DNA of 64,000 nt, taken from Saccostrea cucullata (Eukaryota). The position numbers and the translations under genes are program-made. The first letter of the stretch is position 1. The number at the start of each line of letters is the position of its first letter. The stretch is from assembly GCF_032062105.1 (NCBI RefSeq), contig NW_026927928.1, positions 62,001 to 126,000 on the forward strand, given 5' to 3'. Below, one piece after another: positions 59,163 through 64,000 of this stretch. The notes beneath the pieces are model-generated. The model saw only the letters and a program-made list of their open reading frames with translations, did no database searches and was not told where the DNA came from.

Positions 59163-62100
59163 GGAAAGATGAAACTCATGTTGAATCATCCTCAGGTAGT
59201 GTAGATTCAAGTTTGTTCAAATCATGACCTCCGGGGCTAGGGTGGGGCCAAAATGGCCGACCCAAGTTTTACATAGGGATATATAGGGAAACTTTTTAAA
59301 ATCTTCTTTTCAAGTACTTCAAAGCTATTATTTGTGATATTTATATGGAATCATCCTCAGGTAGTGTAGATTCTAATTTGTTCAAATGATGAATGCCTGG
59401 AGGGGGGGGGGGATAAATTCATGCCCGATGTGCTCAGGTGAGCGCTGTGGCCCCTGGGCCTCTTGTTATGATGCCTTTGTGAATTTTTTCTATATAAAAA
59501 TACCAGTATGACGAATAAACTTTTTTTTTTAAACAGCCCGTTCCGTGGAATAGTTTTTTACTATTTGCCCATGGTGAAATAGTCATCCAACTATTCACCA
59601 GCACATTCCGTTTCGGTCACTTTTTAGCTTAGAACTCTTCTGGTTTTAACCAGATTGTGACAATTTATGCGAGAAAATTCACTTCAGTTTAATAAAACAC
59701 CTATACTGACAAATTGGATAAAGGCCGTGTCACACTGTCACGATTTATGCTACGATTACCCACGAATTAAGAAAAGTTGAAAATCGCCGTTCATCGCCAG
59801 GTTTGTCTTGCAATTTTTCTACAGCGTGTGAAATATTTTGTTGCTAGAATGATGTGTCTGCGATGTCTGTGCGACAAAGTACGAGGTTTCTACGATTTAA
59901 GTACGAACTGAGGTGACAGCGTTACGAACTGGTTACGATATTTCTACGATTATGAAGGATTAAACGCGGTTACACACGATACTCGTACGAAGAACTACGA
60001 TATGCCACGTTACATACACGATATTCCCATGACTAATGGGGACTTCGTACGAATATACATGTAACAGAATGCATATATAGAGTAAAGGAAGATTTGTCTG
60101 ATATCATTAATCATCATAGTTATGTTACTTGATAATGGTAAAAACTACAGTGTTAGTTATGTTCCATCTCTTCATGTGTTTATTGTACACGGTGTTTATA
60201 GTTTCTGTTACACATGTATATTAAATTTATTTCACTTTTCTGAGCTTCTTTCGTTTTATTTTAGGCAGTATTTTGATTTCGACAGTGTTAACATCAGGCA
60301 CCGTCTGCCTACATCGTATTAACTCGTAGTTCAATCGCACAGTGTTCGTACAGCACTTGTCATCAATCGTCCTTTTTCGTATCATATTCGCGGGAAAGTC
60401 GCACTATGTTGTTATCAATTCGAAGAACGCTTGCAGTGTCTCGTAGGACACTCGCAGTAACTCGAGAGACACTCGCACAAACTCGAAGGACACTCGAAAT
60501 AACTCGTAGGACTCTCGTAGTGTCGCGAGTACTACGAAGTTCCGCGAATGTCGCACGAACTTCGAATATTAACTACGAATATGAGTACGAGTGCAGTGCG
60601 GATGCTGTGCGATTGTCTACGAATATTTAGAAATCGTACTGTGACCACGATTGTTTTGAACATGCTCAAAACAATCGCCAGGTTTGGCGATTTGCTGCGA
60701 TCCAACACGATTAAGGAAGATATCCTACGAGTACTTCTGCGATAAATCCCGATTTGCAACGATTTTTGAATTCGCAATGAATCGTAGCTATAAATCGTGA
60801 CAGTGTGACACGGGCTTAATAGCAAGTTTATTGTCCCCCTCGACAACAACTATTTCCCTCAGCTGCACCTTGGGAAATATATAGTTGTTGTCTTGTTGAA
60901 CAATAAGCTTGCTATTGTCCTCATTTAGCCAGTAAATAGGTGTATACTATACATATTTTTTCATCACTTAATGATCAACCAAAGCAAGGAAATTGCCTAT
61001 TAATGTGCAACATATAAGAAAAAAATTAATCCCAATTATGACAAAATTCTCTTTGATATTTCATCGAAGATATTAACATACAGTAAAACTCGGTTATAGC
61101 GAAGTCCTGGGGACCTGTGAATTTAATTCGCTATATCCGTAATTCGTTATATCCGTATCCGTATAGCGAATTCGTATAAGTATATATAGCGAACTCGCAA
61201 TATGCACATTTTCCTTCAAATAATACTTCCAAATATGACAGGGAAGCAATTATTACGATACATGCATTGGCTAACTAAGATTTTCGTTATGAATTGAATT
61301 TCATTTGCAAATTCTTACTAAAATAAAGTCAGTTCAACATATCTTTATTTTGAGATTTTTGAAAATTCGTTATAAAAGATGTAAATTTCATTATATTTTA
61401 CCTCTACGGGACTCAAAATCAGTTCACTATATCCGTATCAGAGTTCGTTATAACCGTAAAATTTTACAAAGAATTGCTAAGAATATTGCCGGGAACCCCG
61501 AAAAACTTCGCTATATCCGTGTTTTCGCTATATCCGTGTTCGTACTAAACGAGTTTTACTGTATATTTTAAGCCAACTTCAATTTAATTTTTTTTGCCCT
61601 CTTCTGACTTCAAATGAAAAATTTTTTCATCTAGCAAAAGACCTAAAAATTGCTCATAGGCAAAGGAATAGAGTTTACACTAAATATTTGTAGCATTGCC
61701 ATGATCAAAATAATAATGTAACTTTAATGATAATTCTACAAATAATTAATATTTCTAGGACCTCTTGGAATTCCTTTTGAATTGTGTGCTGAATCTTACA
61801 TTCTTGAGACTAAACAATTTATTTGTGATTATATTCCAATCCATTTGAAAGAAGTTCACCTCATAGCTACTGATCCTTCAACACTGAAGGAGTTGTTGGC
61901 TGCATCCAAAAAAATAAAGACTGATCCATTGTCTTCATCAGCAGTTGCATTGAAATCTGGATATCCTCAACATTTTGGGGGCACAGATCAGAATGCATTC
62001 AGATATGCTGCTCAGTCAATCAGCACACCATCAAGCAGACAACAATTAGAATTTAAAATAGGAAATATTAACGTGAAAATATATAAGGATTCCATACTGA

Positions 62101-64000
62101 ATGTAAAAGCAGGTGCAATTGTTAATGCTGCAAACGAAAATTTGTCACATGGTGCAGGTGTTGCACTTGCTATTTATCAAGCTGCTGGAGAAGAATTCAA
62201 CAAAGAATGTCAAAGAAAACTTAAAACACTAAACAGAGCATTGCATCCAGCAGAGGTATTAGAAACATCCCCAGGAAATTTGAAAATGAATTTCAAGTAT
62301 ATACTTAATGCTGTTGGTCCTCGATGGGATTTATATATGGACAAAACTCAGTGTATATTTCATCTGAACCAGACTGTGAAACAAATTTTGGAAAAGGCAG
62401 ATAGTCTCAAGATTTCTTCAATAGCAATGCCAGCTATAAGTTCTGGTATGTTTTTTGATGATCCACTTTTAGTTAAAATAAGTGCACTGCTTTATAAATC
62501 TGTAAATAATGCATAAACATATGATTAGTGCACTTTTTAAAAAAAAATGCTCTTTTTAATACCTGTGAAGCATGTACCTAGTCCTTGTGTTTTATTAATT
62601 GATAATGCGTAAAATTACAGAATAAAATCCATTTTTACGTTTCAGGAATTTTTGGAGTGCCTCTGCCATTGTGTGCAGAAATGTATTTGCTTGGAATTCA
62701 TGAATTCAGTAAACAAAGTCATTTTTGGGTGAGAGAAATTCACATAGTGGATCATAATGTGAATGTTTATAATGAGCTTACTGCAGCTTATGATAGATAC
62801 CAAAAAGACCCTCTGTCCATTGGCATAACAAGTGCAAAGTCACGTTATCCCAGGTTGATGAAAACTTTACCACCACCATCAAATAGAGAGAAAACTGAAA
62901 ACGTAAGCTCATCTTCAAGGCATGACTTCGGAAGAAGCCATTCTTCAGAATCGGGGTATTCTGCCAAACATCAGGAACCAAATACCGCAACATTAACAAC
63001 AGGTGATACAGACAGGGAGGTCAGAAACCCCAATTCTAATAGGCATGGCTGCTTAAAGAATCTTGTAAAACTTCCTGATAAAAGTATAGGACAGCAAGCT
63101 GCAAAAGTGTTCGAAATTCAAGATGTGCTGGTTGTTAAGATTCACACTGGCAGTATTGTAAAGTTTCAAGGAGATGCCATAATATGTAGCAATGATGATG
63201 GAATGACTGGTATTGGTCCATTAGCAAAAGCAATAGCTACAGCTGGGGGTTCAAAATACAGTGAAAGTTATTCTAAAATCAGAAGCAAATATGGATATGG
63301 AAGTATCAAAGGAAAACAAGGAGACATTGAAACCTGTAGTGGAGGGGAATTAAGGGTGGGCTTTGTTGCTCATGCTGTTATAAGTTCTATGATTAGGGCA
63401 GACAACTACAATCTTAAATTATACGGAGACACACTGAAGAGCATATTCTGTACAATCTTCAACTACAAAAAATCCAGAAAGTTTGCTATGCCTTTGATTG
63501 GAGCAGGTGAGTTGTTTGAAAATGTTGCTTAAGCTATTTTAAAAGGTTATTTAATCTAATTTATTTTACCCAAAATTTGATCCATTCTTTTTCAATTTAG
63601 GTCAGATTGAAAAGAACTCGGAGGACCTAAGGAAATGCTGTTCTACATTCTTTCAAGCTCTTGCTGAATTCTGTCAGAACTATCAGCCAAATTATGGTGT
63701 AAAGGAACTTCATTTGATTAACAGAAATCCCACTGTTACTAAATCACTGGTGGACGTTTTTGAATGCAATGTCAGCAAAGAAGCAAATGAAGCTGTCCAA
63801 ACTCCATCCAGACATCACAGATCAAGACCTGGAAGTGAGACAGCACTGGGACATGACGACCAAACAACAGTTAATGGTCACCATAGAATCCTCAACAGAC
63901 AAAACAGTTGGTCCCATTCAAAATCTGGAGGAACTGTAGCTGATAGAAAAGAATTGGATTTCAGAGGAACAGGGGCACGTCCTAAAACAGGGAGGTCCAC
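42363..64000 (+). CDS. Gene 4: CCCH-like finger + three macrodomains (PARP14-like N-terminal part); C-terminus beyond the window
   Basis: Exons 42363-42417 (less certain), 55778-55794, 56482-57496, 61759-62445, 62646-63506 and 63601 to beyond 64000 are all phase-compatible. Macro motifs DALVNVAS...AVGP...AVDSG; AIVNAANENLSHGAGVA...AISSGIFG; GSI...DAII...LIGAG. Confidence 0.82.
42507..42648. repeat. Long hairpin, probably one end of a non-autonomous element
   Basis: GGGAGACATGAAGATTTCTTCGCCCATGAAAAA...TTTTTCATGGGCGAAGAAATCTTCATGTCTCCC. Confidence 0.7.
43224..44345. mobile_element. Ginger-like non-autonomous DNA transposon
   Basis: TGTC...GACA termini, CCGG TSD, subterminal CCGGAAC repeats; interrupts a HINE-like TCCGGCTCATAACT. 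Confidence 0.7.
44519..47118 (+). mobile_element. HINE/Helitron-N element with a ~166-bp satellite array, interrupted by an unrelated insertion at ~45728-46457
   Basis: Canonical ends and repeated GGAAGCATGCTCAGGTAGTGTAGATTCAAGTTTGTTCAAATCATGACCCC monomers. Confidence 0.85.
48804..52688. mobile_element. ~3.9-kb non-autonomous TIR element (CAGT termini, TA flanks; Tc1/mariner-like ends)
   Basis: Perfect TIR CAGTACCCGCATCGTTATTCTTTACA at both ends; 21-bp GATACACGCACGATACGATAG arrays at ~48830-49010 and ~52490-52660. Confidence 0.8.
50991..51848. mobile_element. Foldback MITE with ~300-bp TIRs and 8-bp TSD (P/hAT-like)
   Basis: CACAGGCGCTTGACG...CGTCAAGCGCCTGTG; TGAAAATC on both sides (50983-90, 51849-56). 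Confidence 0.85.
52990..53210 (-). mobile_element. Degenerate SINE related to 41377-41642
   Basis: GAGAATTTTTCACTCATAT...CACGGGGCCTCCGTTTTTAAGGTCTCATCTGAAGGACC. Confidence 0.6.
53380..53897 (+). mobile_element. 3' fragment of a non-LTR retrotransposon (RTE-X/Proto2-like ORF2 end)
   Basis: Frameshifted LRLPSHQLAIETGRY...VEDEFHFILICSAY...RKKYLKSYYW...LGKFIY, followed by an AATAAA tail. Confidence 0.7.
54516..55116 (-). mobile_element. Pearl/HINE-like element with three ~161-bp repeats, nested in a degenerate plus-strand HINE (~54240-55620)
   Basis: AACAAGAGATGTTTG start, GGGGCATAACTCTGTCAAAAATGG three times, GACA tract, terminal hairpin ATGCCC...GGGGCATAA. Confidence 0.75.
57698..59466 (+). 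mobile_element. HINE/Helitron-N element with about eight homogeneous 166-bp monomers
   Basis: TCTTCTTCTCCAGAACC recurs at 57975, 58141, 58307 and 58473 (period 166); (GTT/GTC)n tract; canonical ends. Confidence 0.9.
59722..60816. mobile_element. PIF/Harbinger-like MITE
   Basis: TIR AGGCCGTGTCACACTGTCACGATTTAT / ATAAATCGTGACAGTGTGACACGGGCT, TAA TSD. Confidence 0.8.
61081..61561. mobile_element. Tc1/mariner (pogo-like) MITE
   Basis: CAGTAAAACTCG...CGAGTTTTACTG, TA TSD, internal TTCG(C/T)TATATCCG repeats. Confidence 0.8.

Overview
AT-rich, intron-containing animal DNA, most likely an oyster (Ostreidae). The assignment rests on 166-bp Cg170-type satellite arrays inside HINE/Helitron-N elements and on bivalve-type SINEs. 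The ORF track uses bacterial starts, so I rebuilt gene models by hand from GT-AG sites and reading-frame phase. Two systems stand out. (1) A cluster of macrodomain immune-type genes. Three minus-strand paralogues fuse two macrodomains to a C3HC4 RING and a Deltex C-terminal (DTC) domain, like PARP9/14 macrodomains and the DTX3L ligase in one chain. One is a pseudogene (1771-6348), one is 5'-truncated (9813-13965) and one looks intact (32660-36547). The probable start of a further paralogue lies at the left edge. A plus-strand CCCH + 3-macrodomain gene (42363 to beyond 64000) sits head-to-head with the intact copy across a promoter carrying IRF-, NF-kB- and STAT-like motifs. (2) A ~14.5-kb DNA-transposon region (13966 to ~28540) bounded by inverted AT-rich arrays. 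It encodes an IS3/integrase-type DDE transposase and a convergent 10-exon zinc-ribbon-HECT E3 ligase, and has a candidate abutted inverted-repeat junction upstream of the transposase. The remainder is dense, often nested non-autonomous TEs (HINE, Harbinger-, Tc1/mariner-, Ginger-, Transib- and CACTA-like), SINEs and a LINE tail.
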